A stretch of 64,000 nt of DNA from Parasitella parasitica NRRL 2501. Its lineage: Eukaryota; Fungi; Mucoromycota. This document shows, piece after piece, positions 51,413-64,000 of this stretch (position 1 is its first letter; each line of letters opens with the position of its first letter). Made by a program: the position numbers and the translations under genes. Below the pieces are notes generated by a model. The model did not search any database. It was not told the DNA's origin and saw nothing but the letters and a program-made list of their open reading frames with translations. The stretch lies in NCBI GenBank assembly GCA_025201805.1, contig MU619287.1, forward strand, positions 136,416-200,415. Direction: 5' to 3'.

Positions 51413-51619
51413 TTATCTAGCATTTTTATCACAGTGAAGGATTGAATTATTCAAATCCTGCAATGTTATTTTTAAAGAATAGATTTACAAGCTTGCTATT
51501 TTGTTGAATGGATTATAAATAGGCCAAAATAAATAGCATAAACAAGCTTCAATGTTGTATTACAATGTGAATTGACCAAGATTATTAAACATAAAAGCCT
51601 TTATATAAACCAAAGATAT

Positions 51620-53285
51620 TTAGGCTGTTCCAGATAACAAGTGTTGAGCTTTAGACACAACAGCTTCAATTTGACTTGCAAGATGATCTTGATTGGCGAG
51701 ATACGTTTGCAATCTTTCTAGTAGCTCAACTTGTTCCTTTGATGACAAGTTATTAATGATCGATGCCAATATGGTGCCCACCGAAACATTATACGTCTAT
51801 TTTATGAGGATGATCAATATGGCTTTTTTTTTTTTTTTGCATGCGTTAACAAGTAGCATTTCCTCACCTTGATGAAACTTTGATAGTACATGTACGCAAA
51901 CAAACCCATCAAGAATTGACAATCCCTATAGAAATACTATTAGTAAATTGTTTTGATGCGCTCAATTTTATAAAACATGCATTCTATCCGTCAGTCCACC
52001 ATGGCCTGGAATACTATGTCCGAAATCCTTGATCTTGAAAGCTCGCTTAACGGCACTAGCAAAAAATCCACCAAAAGGAGCGATCAATGAGGCAAAACAA
52101 GCCATAACAATAGCGTGTAATTGAACAGGAGCAATCCAAACTTCTGCAACATCCATAGTTGTCTTTCAAGTCAAAGTTAGTCATTTCCTCTAAATACCAA
52201 GATATCTACTACTTACGGTATACTTGATCAAATAACGGTACAGGGGTGGTAATTCCCATGGTGCTGCAGTGAACACTGGGTTTTTGGGCTCACAAGACAC
52301 ATTGGACCAAGCAGAAGCACCGAGATCTTGAACAGGACAAGTCATGTAATCAAATCTCATCAGCAGAGCCGTAGCCAGGAAACCAAAGATAAGTGTAAAG
52401 AACATTCCACCTACAAATCCTTCAACGGTCTTTTTTGGACTAAGTTGAATCAAAGGAGTTCTGCCCCAGAAGAAGCCACAAATGTATGCAAATATGTCAT
52501 TACAAACAACCAGTGCAGCTGGCAATACGAACCAAATCAAACCTTCTAGAATGTTATCCACAATGAAATGAGCTTGGAACACGATGAGAAAGATGGCCAT
52601 ATGAGTCCAGCCAAATTGAGACATCTGGAATCTATATTGACCCTTTTTTAAGTTCATGACAAAGAAAACAAACCCTTTTTGTTTGTGAAACGTTAATTAT
52701 CAATGCAGCCAGGGCCAAAATCTGTTACAATAAGCTTACCAATGACGTAAAGAACAAAGCTAATGAATCTGTGATGTGTGGCAAATGGCAGGAGGAACGC
52801 GTCTACCATAACAATCTCTTTAAAGTAATAAATGATTGACTCGCCATACAAGAAATATTCGGTTGTAATCAAATAATACCTGATCCACATTGGAAACGTC
52901 AATTGACTTTGCTTTACACCCATAGACTCGTGCATATTACTTACCAGCTCATTGTCTTGAACCAACGCAAATTACCCTTGGCCGAGTGATATGCGATTTG
53001 AATAACCTCCCTATAAACCAGCACCGTAATAATCATGACCATGACAATGGACCAAATATAACCAGAAGCAAGGATAGCAAAAAAAGCGCCTATCATGATG
53101 AAAGTTGTAAATGTACGTATCCACCAGTTTTGCCATTTTTTGCTCGGTGGTTCTGCTGCCAAAAGAACGGTGACAGCTTCTTTAGCTTTGGTAGACACAT
53201 CACTATTGTTCTTTTCTGCTGTGGGTGAGGCTGTTGTCGTCTTTTTTTGCTCTTTTGCAGACGCTGATCTACGTTTGGGTGCCAT
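51620..53285 (-). CDS. CDS1: Phosphatidate cytidylyltransferase (CDP-DAG synthase)
   Basis: Six exons. [65 protein letters not shown]|DCQF; includes a GC-AG intron at 51926-51980. Confidence 0.97.
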
Positions 53286-54632
53286 ACTGATATTATTAGA
53301 AGCAAAAGGACATCAAACAACAATTCCCCAACCCGGGTTTAAATATGGGGTGGATTGAAGTCACATTGATCAAACATGCAAGTATGATGACATTTTTGAG
53401 TCGTGGTAGATTGTACCAAACGTCTGGATTCTTCTTAAGCATCCCTAGTTAACGTATTGAATTTGCTTACTGCTGTTTATTACTTTTCTATTTCTACCTT
53501 GAAATCCCGAATAAATGGTTGGAACTGTGAAATATCGCACCTGTCAAACGTAATAGCCATGACTTTAACGGGTTTCTTTTATCCTTTGATCTTTATTGAC
53601 TAAATCTAAGATTATGACAGCATTTGACAATAAGCTGAAAAAAAAAAGACAAGCGAGGGGATTAAATGTACACTGATTCCAATTAGAAAAAGTTGAACGT
53701 TTGGCTGTCAGTTCATCTGTAATGAACGTAATGTTTAAAAAGTTAGTTGTGTCATCTGGGCTGTAGGCGCTCTCTAATCGTGATATATTTTTTGTCGTTC
53801 AAGGCATCATCACACTTTATCACGCTCAAAATAGTCTAAACAAGTGTCAAATTAACTCCAAACGCAAAAAGCTTGCAGAATACATTGAGTATTGTACAAG
53901 TATTAAGCATCCAAAAATTCAAGATTTTGATATATACGCAAATATAATGCTGATGCTTTAAAAATAGCATAAGCCTAAGGAACATTATATAATAATATAC
54001 CCAACTAAATATATCGACAGTCTGTGCACTAAGGCACGTTATTTTTAGATATTTAGAAAATTGTGCTACAAGTGTACCGTATAAACGCTTGAAGAATTCT
54101 GCATTCATTATCAATTTATCCAGACTTTTGTTGGGTCATGAATAGTATAAAGAGCTACAAATCGAAAAGAAACAACAGTTGGTTACTTGGGCGTAAACAA
54201 TTTATCAGTGGAAATGTCACTTACTCAAATATACTTCAGTCATTCATATTCAGATGCATAGTAGTTGTGGGAGTGTTACGTTTACTATACAGGCATCTCC
54301 AGCTGCAGTAGCAGATCAAGTGTTACTTCACAGAGTTAAATTTAATCCCATATCTTGTTGTGAGTTGCATCTAAACATTCATTTAATAACCAATATCAAA
54401 ATTGATAGCTTCTTCACATTATTAGCCACCATAACAAGTATAGGTAAAGTGCCGCTTAAAAGTTCTTTATTGATTAAATTATGCGCATATGGGAATAAAC
54501 TAGGTATCAGATTATATTACTAGGGCGAGACATAAAGCATACATTGACAACTGTCAAAACATAGTGATAAGAGTAATATATAAATATACGATGAATTCTA
54601 TAATGCACAGCACAGAGACAATGCAAGTCTTC

Positions 54633-54842
54633 TCATATTCTGCGGCGAGCAATACTGTAAGCAGTTCCATTGCATAATAAAAGCATTTGATCAATGTCAA
54701 TGTATACAGGGCATTTGAAAGATTGACTCTGGATCCAACTTGAAAAATGAAGCGACCACAAATTTTCAATATGCTTTTGAGCAACCGAATCCAGAATGAC
54801 CCAATTGCAACCATTTGCGTAAACCCATTGAACTGAAGGCAT
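54633..54842 (-). CDS. Small standalone WWE-like domain protein (69 aa)
   Basis: VQWVYANGCNWVILDSVAQKHIENLW...VYIDIDQMLL.....YSIARR has the W-W-E spacing, the Y.ID...M strand and terminal RR. TATAAA about 85 nt upstream; AAACAAATG start context. Confidence 0.65.
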   Translation of the reverse strand: MPSVQWVYANGCNWVILDSVAQKHIENLWSLHFSSWIQSQSFKCPVYIDIDQMLLLCNGTAYSIARRRI

Positions 54843-56692
54843 TTGTTTTTATTAACGTATTCTATGATTTGGTGTATAGATAAAAAAAAATAATAAAAGG
54901 AAATGCTGATCCTGCGTATCCCAGTATTTATATGATTTAGAATGAAATGTAGATGTCTATTTATATTTACTTTTCTCATTTTACTAAATAATACTACTTG
55001 GATCTTTCATCTTCCCCGCCACATACAGATAATGGCATTGTAAGCATACAAAGTTTAAAAAAGGAGGCTTTTGTTTAATGTGCTCATGAGCCTTCTTTGT
55101 GTAGCGTCAAATGCTGTCTAATGGTATTTGTGATTCAAGTCAGCTGGATCTAAAGAGTAGACGCCTCACACTCATAAAAATTGCAATAATACTGGTGTTT
55201 CCAAGATTAATTTGGATAATTGTCTGTGTTGTATAGTCTTTGTGAGTCATTTCATGCTGACAGGTTAGGATATCAGTAGAGTTTAGCTCCAGTGTCTATT
55301 TCATATTGATTGTACCTTGAATATGTATGATATGCTTTAGATGTTTATTTTTAGATCATAGAAGTCAAAGGGATTACACATGCACACAAACACATAATTA
55401 CACAACAGGGGCTTTACATACGACAGGAGCTAACGTGTGCGGTACATGTCCTTGACTTTAGATAGCTATTGCAGTGGTATAGATGCCAAAAAGACCCCTG
55501 ATACGAATGAAAATAGAATAGACTTTTGAGTTGGTGCCACAAGCATTTATAATTATATCGTTCGCGTCAAAACTTTATGCATGTAGGGCATGAATTTGCT
55601 TTGATATATTCTTTTTGAAAGTTTATTGCACACTTGATTACAAATCACTGCTCTCAACTCAATTGTTTAACAGCAGCAACTTGTGAGTGATGGCCAAGAT
55701 GACAATCTATATATACCGAGAGAATTTATCTCAAAGTAACTGGGCAACTCTTCAAATCTTCATTTCATAAAACCTTGACCTAGCCTACATTTATAATACT
55801 GATCCATGCTGAATTATCTCAAGTATAGTCATTGAGTATAGCCAATTTTGAATTATGATGGGCTCAATAATGGATTAGATAATTAGAGTCTAGCCACTAG
55901 TGTTGTCTCCACGTGCAGAAATATTGTAAATGACTAAGGATACCTGGATTTGCTTTGCATTTTTATAAAAGCAAATATTTGCTATTTTACAAGTAGTGCT
56001 TTGAAGAGTCAGGAATATTAGCTCAATGCGGGGCAAATACGGAATCATACAATTCTTACCATGACTGACTTCAAACTTATAAAAATAAAGTGAGGGTCTG
56101 CAGATTTGAGCCATTTCTGATAACTTTGAATGTTGAAAGAAAAGGATGCATTTTGCCGTTATATTATTGTTCGAAACACAGTAATGTCTTCATCTCTATC
56201 CATAATTCACATACATTATCTACAGCTTTAATAAATAGTGCCTACTTTTTTCTAAAGTATGTAATTGAAATGTCTGAACTTGATGCAGGTTTTACTGTAT
56301 AGCAACACATGGAAAAAGATCAAACAGTAACCATTACTTCCATTTTTAGACCAGGAACCGGCATCACCAGTTTAAGGTCGTGATATCATTTTATAACCAC
56401 TCGATGCATATTATATCTCCTTGGGTATAACATCGGGAAAAAAAAACCAGCACATGTCGATCATAAATCTAGTAATGATTTCATCATTGATAACAGTATG
56501 TACGTACGCATTTATGCATAGCTTGTGAGTGCTTACGAACATCAATTGTGTAGTGCATTAAGCAGACGACTAAAATACCAGAGTGGGATTTTGCTAAAAT
56601 GTAGACTGCCATTGAATTTCTAACCTATTTCTATTTCTTTCCTTTTCCACACAACTCAATCATCTCTTTCTCTACTCGATAAATATAAAACT

Positions 56693-58293
56693 ATGGTTTC
56701 TGCAGTAACGGCAGCAACGGCAGCTTCTACATTGAAGAAACCTATTGCAGAGGATGACTTTGAGTCTCAACAAAAAACCAACGTTCGACAGCCAGAAATG
56801 TGTGTGGATTATCTGTCGTATAAATTCGATGAGATGGATTTAGCAGCTTCCTGGAGAGTCATGACAAAGCAAAAGAAAGATGTGGTTGACGGCATACGGC
56901 TAGAAAATGCTTCTTGGAGAACCTGGGCTAAACAGCGAAGTAACCTCAAAACGATAAGTCCTCAGACTCTGAACTGGTAATCAATTATATGCCATATATG
57001 TGGGATAGACCAGGGTTTAATTAAGTTCTCAATAGGCTAAAAGATAGCGATGTTACTTGGTTGTATGGCCCACTTCACACTGTGATTCGGGCAGAAGAAG
57101 ACCCCTTCTTGACGCCTAAGAAAGCAACTGCGGAAGAGACCCTTGGTTTAATATTACAAAGCAAAAACAAGCAAAGTAAAGCACCTTTAAAATCGGCACT
57201 AAAGAAAGTTACCACGGTTGATCTTTTAAAACGTTCTGCCACTGAGTTGGCAATAAACACAACCAAGGACAGTAGCAGGCGCCCTCGCAAAATCTCCATT
57301 TCCCAAGTTAATGAAGAGCTCCGTGCTGTATCACCTGTAATTTTAGCTTCGCATCGTCAGCCTAGACTTAGATTTAATCACCAAGTAGAACAATGTATAG
57401 CTTTGACTGATGAGGAGGAAAGGGAGCATGAAATTATTGAGGAAGAAGGTGACGATGAACAGAGATTGATATTGAGGTCATCGACAAGGGATGTCAACAA
57501 TAAGGATGAGGATAGCAGCGATGGAGATGAAGACACAGATCAAATTATAACATCTCACATCACTTATACTGACGCTGCTGGCAGTAATGGCACCATTGGT
57601 CGCCGTCAATCGTTTATACCACAAAGAAAATCTATCAAGAAAATTGCCCCTGCTCGACTCAAGAAATCACAATCTGATCAAGACACCGACGATGCCTCTG
57701 TTTCATCTACTTCAACAGCATCTTCTTTAGGCTATATTACTAGCAGGTCGCCTGTGGTTTCATCACCTATTGTGTGTGATAATAATAATAATGAAGATGA
57801 TAATGATAATGATGATAATGATGATTGTGATGAGGAGGAGGAGGAAGAAGAAGAGGAGATTCTGTCAATGTCTGACGTCGAAGAGTACAGTGCAATTGAA
57901 TCGTTTTATCACAGACCTACCCACGGACAAACTCTGCGACAGGAAAGACCCTCGGCAAACACAATTAGATCATCTTCATCCAATTCCATTACTCAGTCAT
58001 ATAGAGAAAAAACCAATGCTGCTGAGCCAGCGCTAGTGATAATGCATCAGACAGCAACCGACATCAACAACTCTTCAAAAAAAGGCGACAAAACACTATT
58101 CAATAACATTGCTACATGGGCTGCATCATACTTATGGCCAGCCAACATCGAGGGATCGCCTAGCCCTCAGGCATCAGTATCGACATCTATTATTCCTTCC
58201 ACTACTGCTACTGCGGCTGCTGCGTCAGCTACTGCTATTCGTATAGAAAGACGCTATGCCCCCCCTACTTCGTCCAATGCTTCTAGTTTGTAG
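56693..58293 (+). CDS. REG1: Reg1-like PP1 regulatory subunit (DUF1752 domain)
   Basis: Exons 56693-56976 and 57036-58293. CVDYLSYKFDEMDLAASWRVMT...RLENASWRTWAKQ..NLKTISPQTLNW|LKDSDVTWLYGP; RLRFNHQVEQCIAL; IKKIAPARLK. Confidence 0.88.
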
Positions 58294-58364
58294 ATGGTGT
58301 TCATTTAAATTATTTGCTCTGTTATTATGTTTTATTATTTTGCTTTCTCTCATTTTTCATTTGC

Positions 58365-58456
58365 ACAAACAAACGCACAAACACACAAACACACAAACAC
58401 ACAAATACACACATACACACACGCACGCACACACGCACGCACACACGCACGCACGC
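58365..58456. repeat. (CA)/(CACG)/(CAAA) compound microsatellite in 3'UTR
   Basis: Directly visible. Confidence 0.9.
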
Positions 58457-59352
58457 TCAGCAATCTATATATTATTTTAAATATAATAGTGTATCAACAT
58501 TGTAATTTCTTTCTGTATTGGTGCATCGGTTTTCAGACATTGCTTTCGAGTTATATATTTAGAACGCTGCGCATTGTGTGGTATCAAATGCTTGTATATG
58601 CAATGGTCAGCTCCAATGTTTTATTAAGTCAAGCAATACGTCTCCCCAGCAAATGTTCAACAAGCGTATTTCTCATTCTTGAATGACATCAGGAAGCATT
58701 GTATGTGGTTTTATTTGACAGCTATATTAGTGTCTATTTGCACATATTTATTTTCCAGATCAGGGACAATAGTGCCAAAACAATACTCACAAATCTAGTA
58801 GCAGACACTTCAACCCAGCAATACATTGCCAATTGTTTAGTTTAAATTTCTAGCGAGAGTTGAGCTTTAGTATGTTATAAATAACTCAAGTGAGGTAATT
58901 TAACGACTGTCGTACAACATAAATTGGAATATATAAAAACAGAATCAGACGCACTCGATGATGCACTGGAATCATTTAAATGCATTGCAAGTTTCCAAAA
59001 GTTAGCAAGTAGAGTACAGCAGTTGGCACCTTATTGGTTCTCTAAAAGTCCAACTGTAATGCTCTGAAATAGTGATAGTAAATAGTTATAATAATAAAAA
59101 AGAGATAGTGTTTACAGACAACATAATTGTTTATTTATAAAGGGGATAAAAGAATATGTATAAACAGTTTTAGAGTAGAAAACTGTTCGAATAGCTATAA
59201 AATATAAATGTGAATTTTACAAATTTCTTTGTTTTGGATTGATATATTCAACGCGAAAAGAGGAGGATTTTGTTATGTGTTCTATGTACATAATATATAA
59301 ATATATGTATAAAAAAAGAGCAAAAGCGACAGAGAGAATATGTATAAGCAGG

Positions 59353-59652
59353 TTAATGAACAAGGTTGATATTGGTACTAAAAGAGTAATTTCTTGAGTC
59401 GCCAACACTGAAGGATCTGGGACGGATTATTCTAGTATCTGAAACAGACAAATGGGAGACAGCCTGGTGAAGAGGAACAAAGCTGGAGTCGTTGGGAAGG
59501 GGGTTATTGGTACGGATAATAACAAGATCCTCCATCATATTTGAATGGGAATTAAAAATCTGTCGAAGTTCTTGACATGCTTCGTCGTCTTCTGTCCAGA
59601 GATGCTGGCTATATGCAGAGGGCTTCTTTGGGAGAGGTGTTATGATGTTCAT
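59353..59652 (-). CDS. Small hypothetical protein (99 aa)
   Basis: ATG in TATAAAATG context; GC-richer than its flanks; motifs RTNNPLPNDSSF and RPRSFSVG. Confidence 0.55.
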   Translation of the reverse strand: MNIITPLPKKPSAYSQHLWTEDDEACQELRQIFNSHSNMMEDLVIIRTNNPLPNDSSFVPLHQAVSHLSVSDTRIIRPRSFSVGDSRNYSFSTNINLVH

Positions 59653-61251
59653 TTTATACAAATTCGTTGGTATTTATAATATTTATAATAAGAAAAGAAA
59701 GAAAAAGGAACCAGATGAAAAATGAAACCCGTTTGAGATTTATTAGTCTCTTGTTGACATACCGATTAGCAGCAGAGGGGCTGATGGAGTTTCCTTTTGC
59801 GAAACAATTTACACATGCCATTATTCGTACGACATGATATTGGCATAGTCTGCTGATCAAGCTCGATATGTTCTGACCTGCTTTTGAGGTCAAGCGTGAT
59901 TACGTATTTTTAAATAAGGTGCAATGACATTGTGGATTGAAGAAAATTGATCGCACAGTAAAGTTGAAAATTCACCGATGAAAACTCGTCAATCTTGAAT
60001 ATCTATGTGGTATTTGTTTGTATTCCATTTTTAACGGCAAAAAAGAAACGAGTATATCTCATAAATTCAAATAATTTAACTCGGGTATCTATTGGAAAGA
60101 CAGATTTTCGTTGTGTAATATTGAATGCCTAGATTTTTTTTAGACCTTGAAAGGGTTCATTATTAATATATTTTAGATTGACAAAGCACATGGCAAGTTC
60201 CTGAATCTTGTGCATTAGATGCTTGTCTAAATCAAAATATGACATGTTGGTTCATATATCAAAATCAACAACTCATTTTCTCTTGCATCGATTTTAACAA
60301 GGAAAAGTTTTTTATAATTGCTGTTTGCTGTTTTAGATTAGACTGCAAGTTAGTTTATACATACCACGATATATGATATGATAATTCTTGAAGTTATTTT
60401 CAGTTTAAATATCTTTTTTTTGAATGAAATATCGGGCTGAAATATAAAGTATTTGCTAGATAGCATCATCTTCATGAGTTGCTAACTGTTAAAAGCATCG
60501 AATGCATGTATAAATTTTATGTGAAATACATTCTGGTAGTGGTATAAAATTTAATAGCGCCATAGATTAATAATGTGATAAAAGTTGACGCGGGAGCAAC
60601 TGATACCAATATTACTTCTATGCAGCTATTGATTTGAATAGAGATATCTTCAACTACCTATCAAATTAGTAATTCACTACACATCTGCGAAGTATATATA
60701 CAGTAACCGAACACTAGTTGAAGCAAAGGTCTTGCGTACAGCTGTAGCTCTATTATTTCTGCCATTGAACCAAGTCTTTCCTCGACCAAAGTCAACCAAA
60801 GAACCCTTTTAGAATTGCAGGGCCAAAGCTGACTATCCAAAAGAAGGTGGAGTAAGCCATAGAATGGCTATGATTACAAAGACAAGGAAGCAGTACGGAA
60901 AAGAAATGACATAATACGTCAAAATAGTATATTGTACCACAATTAGGCCTGAAAAGTTACACTTCATCAAGCAATAAAAACTTTCCTAATCACAGAAATT
61001 AAAAGAATCTATCATTAGATCAAACAACAAGCTAAGTGTTTATATTAGCGTAAGATTAGGATAGCTGCTATGGAATTATTCTGTTGTCCTGATGACTGAC
61101 CGCCCCTGCTCACCGAGGATAGTATGATGGTTTACTACTAAGCCAGGACGGCTGATTAGAGGTTGCAGCACAACAAAGAATAACAAAAATACTAAGCAAT
61201 AACGTTATAATTTCCAGCTAGTAAAACGACAACCTACTAATTTAAGTGGAA

Positions 61252-61343
61252 ACGAGCTGTATCACATCGCCACGTTCGGGTAAATTTACCTTAGCGAAGC
61301 GAAGGTGAAAATTTACCCTTCACTAAAGCGGTCTACAGCTCGT
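61252..61343. repeat. Nested fold-back structure downstream of the Helitron helicase (candidate subterminal hairpin)
   Basis: Outer arms acgagctgta (61252-61261) / tacagctcgt (61334-61343); inner stem gggtaaatttacctt..GCGAAGC..aaggtgaaaatttaccc (61278-61318). Confidence 0.8.
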
Positions 61344-61360
61344 GCTGCCGCAGGCCTGTT

Positions 61361-62539
61361 TTACCAATGAAATAAGGCGCTTATAATTTGATTTTTATTA
61401 GTTTTTATGCGGCATTGTAGAAGACTTCTTTGATAAACGATATTGTGAGTATATGACCCAGTATGATTGTCTATTTTGAATCTATCATCAGAGATCATTA
61501 CTTTCACAGAAGTTGGCGTCCTCACACGTGATAAAGCGACATACAGTTGCCCATGACCAAATAAATGGCCTGGCAGGTACAAACCAACAGAATTCAGCGT
61601 TTGCCCTTGCGACTTCTTGATGGTCATCGCAAATGCCAGTCTTACGGGAAACTGGATTCGTTGAAAATCAAAAGGTGAGAGGCCTTCAGTGGCAAGAGAG
61701 ATGAATTTGATTCTTAGAGATAAGAACTATGTTGCCAGCATTGGGCCCAGTAGCAATGATTGCTTCGATGACATTCGTCATCAGTGAGTTGATGATTAAT
61801 CTCGTACCATTACTGATGCCAGCCGCAGAATCAATATTTCTGATTGCCATAATTGGAGCACCAATTTTCAAATCAAGAATATGAGGAGGCAAAGACCCAT
61901 TTTCAATGGTGTTAAGCATCTCAACCGGAATTGTCTATTGAGATTCATCTTCGCAGGCTTGGTCACTACTGACGTACGACATTTTGCGCTCTTCAATGCA
62001 CTCCAAGAGTATATCATTTATCACCTTGACATATCTGTTTTTTGCAGTGAAGATAGCCTTCCCAGCAAAAAGTAATCAAGACTGTTAGCCGCAGTGGCGA
62101 TATCAAAGAATTTGTTTCTTATCAAATCAATCAAATTATCTCCAGATATGAGCATCTCCCAGGAATTTGGATAAAATCTGAAGGTATGTCTCTGGGCATA
62201 GTAATTGTAGGAGCAGTACCTTGACCAGCCTGAAGTAGATAATCAGCAAACTGTTGAAGTTCATTGGCAAGACCTAGATGGTCAGTTTCAAGAGCCTGTT
62301 GAACTCTCATGTTTTTGCGCAATTTCGTTGAGACCACCAGTGGCTAAAAGCTTGCTTTGTTCAAGCACTGCCCGACAATAACCGATCTGCTGGCTCCACG
62401 GATTATCGGCAAAATCTGACGAAAATCTCCACCGAAAACCATGAGAAGGCCACCAAAAGGGTGATTGACATTCATTATATCACAAAATGAGCGATCAAAT
62501 GTTGTCATCAAGCCCTTGCTAATCATTGAGCATTCATTC
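61361..62539 (-). mobile_element. Helitron PIF1-family helicase, frameshifted and 5'-truncated
   Basis: ECSMISK, PFGGLLMVFGGDFRQILPII, LRKNMRV, LPPHILDLKIGAPIMAIRNID..GISNGTRL, QFPVRLAFAMTIKKSQGQTL, FGHGQLYVALSRV, spread over several frames. Confidence 0.92.
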
Positions 62540-63290
62540 TGTGAAATACATTCACTATGATGATCTGCATTCCACTTCTAGATTCATCCAGTTACCTTAA
62601 ATTGATATAAACTACATATGCGCACAGATAATAAGATATGCAATACAGATTTATACTATATAAGATATAAGATAGAGACGGCACCATTAGGATGGATGAC
62701 GCTATAGATTGATACTTATATCTCGACACGAGCCTTAGACATTTACTAGATTTAGTATATGCTACTACGAGCTTATGCTATATAAGATCTATACGCACTA
62801 CAAGGCATATACTTGTATCCATGATACTAGCTACAGATACATCATGTACTACAGACTTGTACAATATGTGAAATGCTATAGATATGCTTACGACATGCTA
62901 TAGACATGCTACATATACCGATATATGCTAAGATGAATACCAAGTGATATACACTCAGACATGTACTATTAATATAGACTGGATAAGACTATACAAGGAA
63001 TGATATACGCTTATGGATCGATATTAATAATCTTCGCATAGAAGATTGATCAGGGTACTACCTCGGGTAAAGTCTATCTCCTCACTCAAATAGATTTATG
63101 AGTCTGCTGATATGTTGGTTAGCACAAAGTTAAGATGCTAGTTACGCAGTGTTGTCGTACATGTTAAATTGCGAGAATAGAACATTTATCCACAGTTTAA
63201 GTATATAACGGTTCATCTACCTGGCCAGTAGATGAACTGGAGCTTTATACACCTGTCGATTTGATAATAAAACCTATACCTTTACCAAGT
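62540..63290 (+). mobile_element. LTR-like insertion (possible solo LTR)
   Basis: Begins TGTGAAATAC exactly where helicase homology stops. Non-coding, rich in GATATA/CTAC words; TATATAA (63202), palindrome (63211-63237), AATAAA and a CA near 63286. Right end and target-site duplication unresolved. Confidence 0.5.
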
Positions 63291-64000
63291 TGACTTTATT
63301 TTTTTTTTATTATATTTTTTTTCCGTGAATCCATATAACAATTTATACCGATTCCACATAAAGAACCCCAAACTTGATTATAATTGTAATTTCATATCGC
63401 TTTTATTTTTACTTTTTTTTTTTTATTTCGTAAATCTTTCAAATTTACTGCACTGAACACTCAATTCAGGAACATATCCCTGCAATAAAATTGGGATCAA
63501 TTTTATGTGAAAATAAAAAAAAGTAAAAAAATAAAGCCAGAGAAATACAATTATAGTCTTTCCATCTTTATTTTCCATTTAAAAGAAAACTGAAGAAAAG
63601 ATACATGCTCTTTGAGAGAGCTTCTATTTATACTACTTGTAAAATTGCCTCACTACAGTGAGAATGCTTATTTTACATCTTATTTGAAGAATGACTTTTG
63701 TTGACATTCTCTCATTTCTTGTATTGTAGTTGAGATTTCGATATGTTGGTATTGAAATTGATACTATGGTTTTGGGCAGGATTGTAATATTTGAGGATCC
63801 TGATTATTTCTAATGCGACTGAGCTTTCCTTATTGTTGTGTAATAAACAAGCCATTTCTGGCATCTAGAATTATTGCAATTGTTAAAACAATTGCATTGC
63901 TAATTGATCTGCCATAATTATAGACAGAAGATCATGACAATGTACTTCAATTGAAGATTGAAGATTGTCCAATGATGTGATGTGATACGCTTGTGTAAAT

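Noticed and set aside
30934-53285. Lipid-metabolism cluster (phospholipase B, ACOX, CDS1)
   Set aside because: Different compartments and pathways, interspersed with unrelated genes; no shared motif seen.
2050-58293. Phosphatase-regulator 'cluster' (Bni4-like, calcineurin fragment, Reg1-like)
   Set aside because: Separated by 20-35 kb and many unrelated genes; consistent with chance.
1-64000. tRNA, rRNA, snRNA or CRISPR arrays
   Set aside because: None recognised; GTTCGA-like words fall inside coding exons, and the tandem repeats have no spacers.

Overview
AT-rich, gene-dense eukaryotic DNA with short (~50-90 nt) GT-AG introns. It looks like a Mucorales fungus (Mucor-like); this is inferred from gene content and style. 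About 25 protein-coding genes can be built. They include a Bni4/Phactr-type PP1 regulator, an ankyrin protein, capping protein beta, a VIP36-like lectin, an Rrn6-like factor, the Ert1/AcuK Zn2Cys6 transcription factor and Eaf1. Others are Bud31, a mitochondrial carrier, a GPI-anchored acidic protein, reticulon, sulfiredoxin, GDSL phospholipase B, acyl-CoA oxidase, a FAR1-type transcription factor and SCOC/Slo1. The right-hand part holds an ArAE/FUSC membrane protein, Rpt5, Cds1, a standalone WWE-like protein and a Reg1-like protein. Transposon debris includes a Crypton-type GCR1_C relic, a MITE-like piece, and a frameshifted Helitron PIF1 helicase cut by an LTR-like sequence. There are three assembly gaps. 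The best candidate for something new is an intact two-exon 121-aa mini-gene (22131-22577, minus strand). It encodes only the calmodulin-binding regulatory segment of calcineurin A, with no catalytic or autoinhibitory domain, so it could be a calmodulin decoy or microProtein. Also notable are a 54-aa secreted two-Cys peptide gene missed by the ORF track, a PTS2-type acyl-CoA oxidase, a GC-AG intron and very tight convergent gene pairs. All family assignments come from motif recognition by eye, not from database searches.
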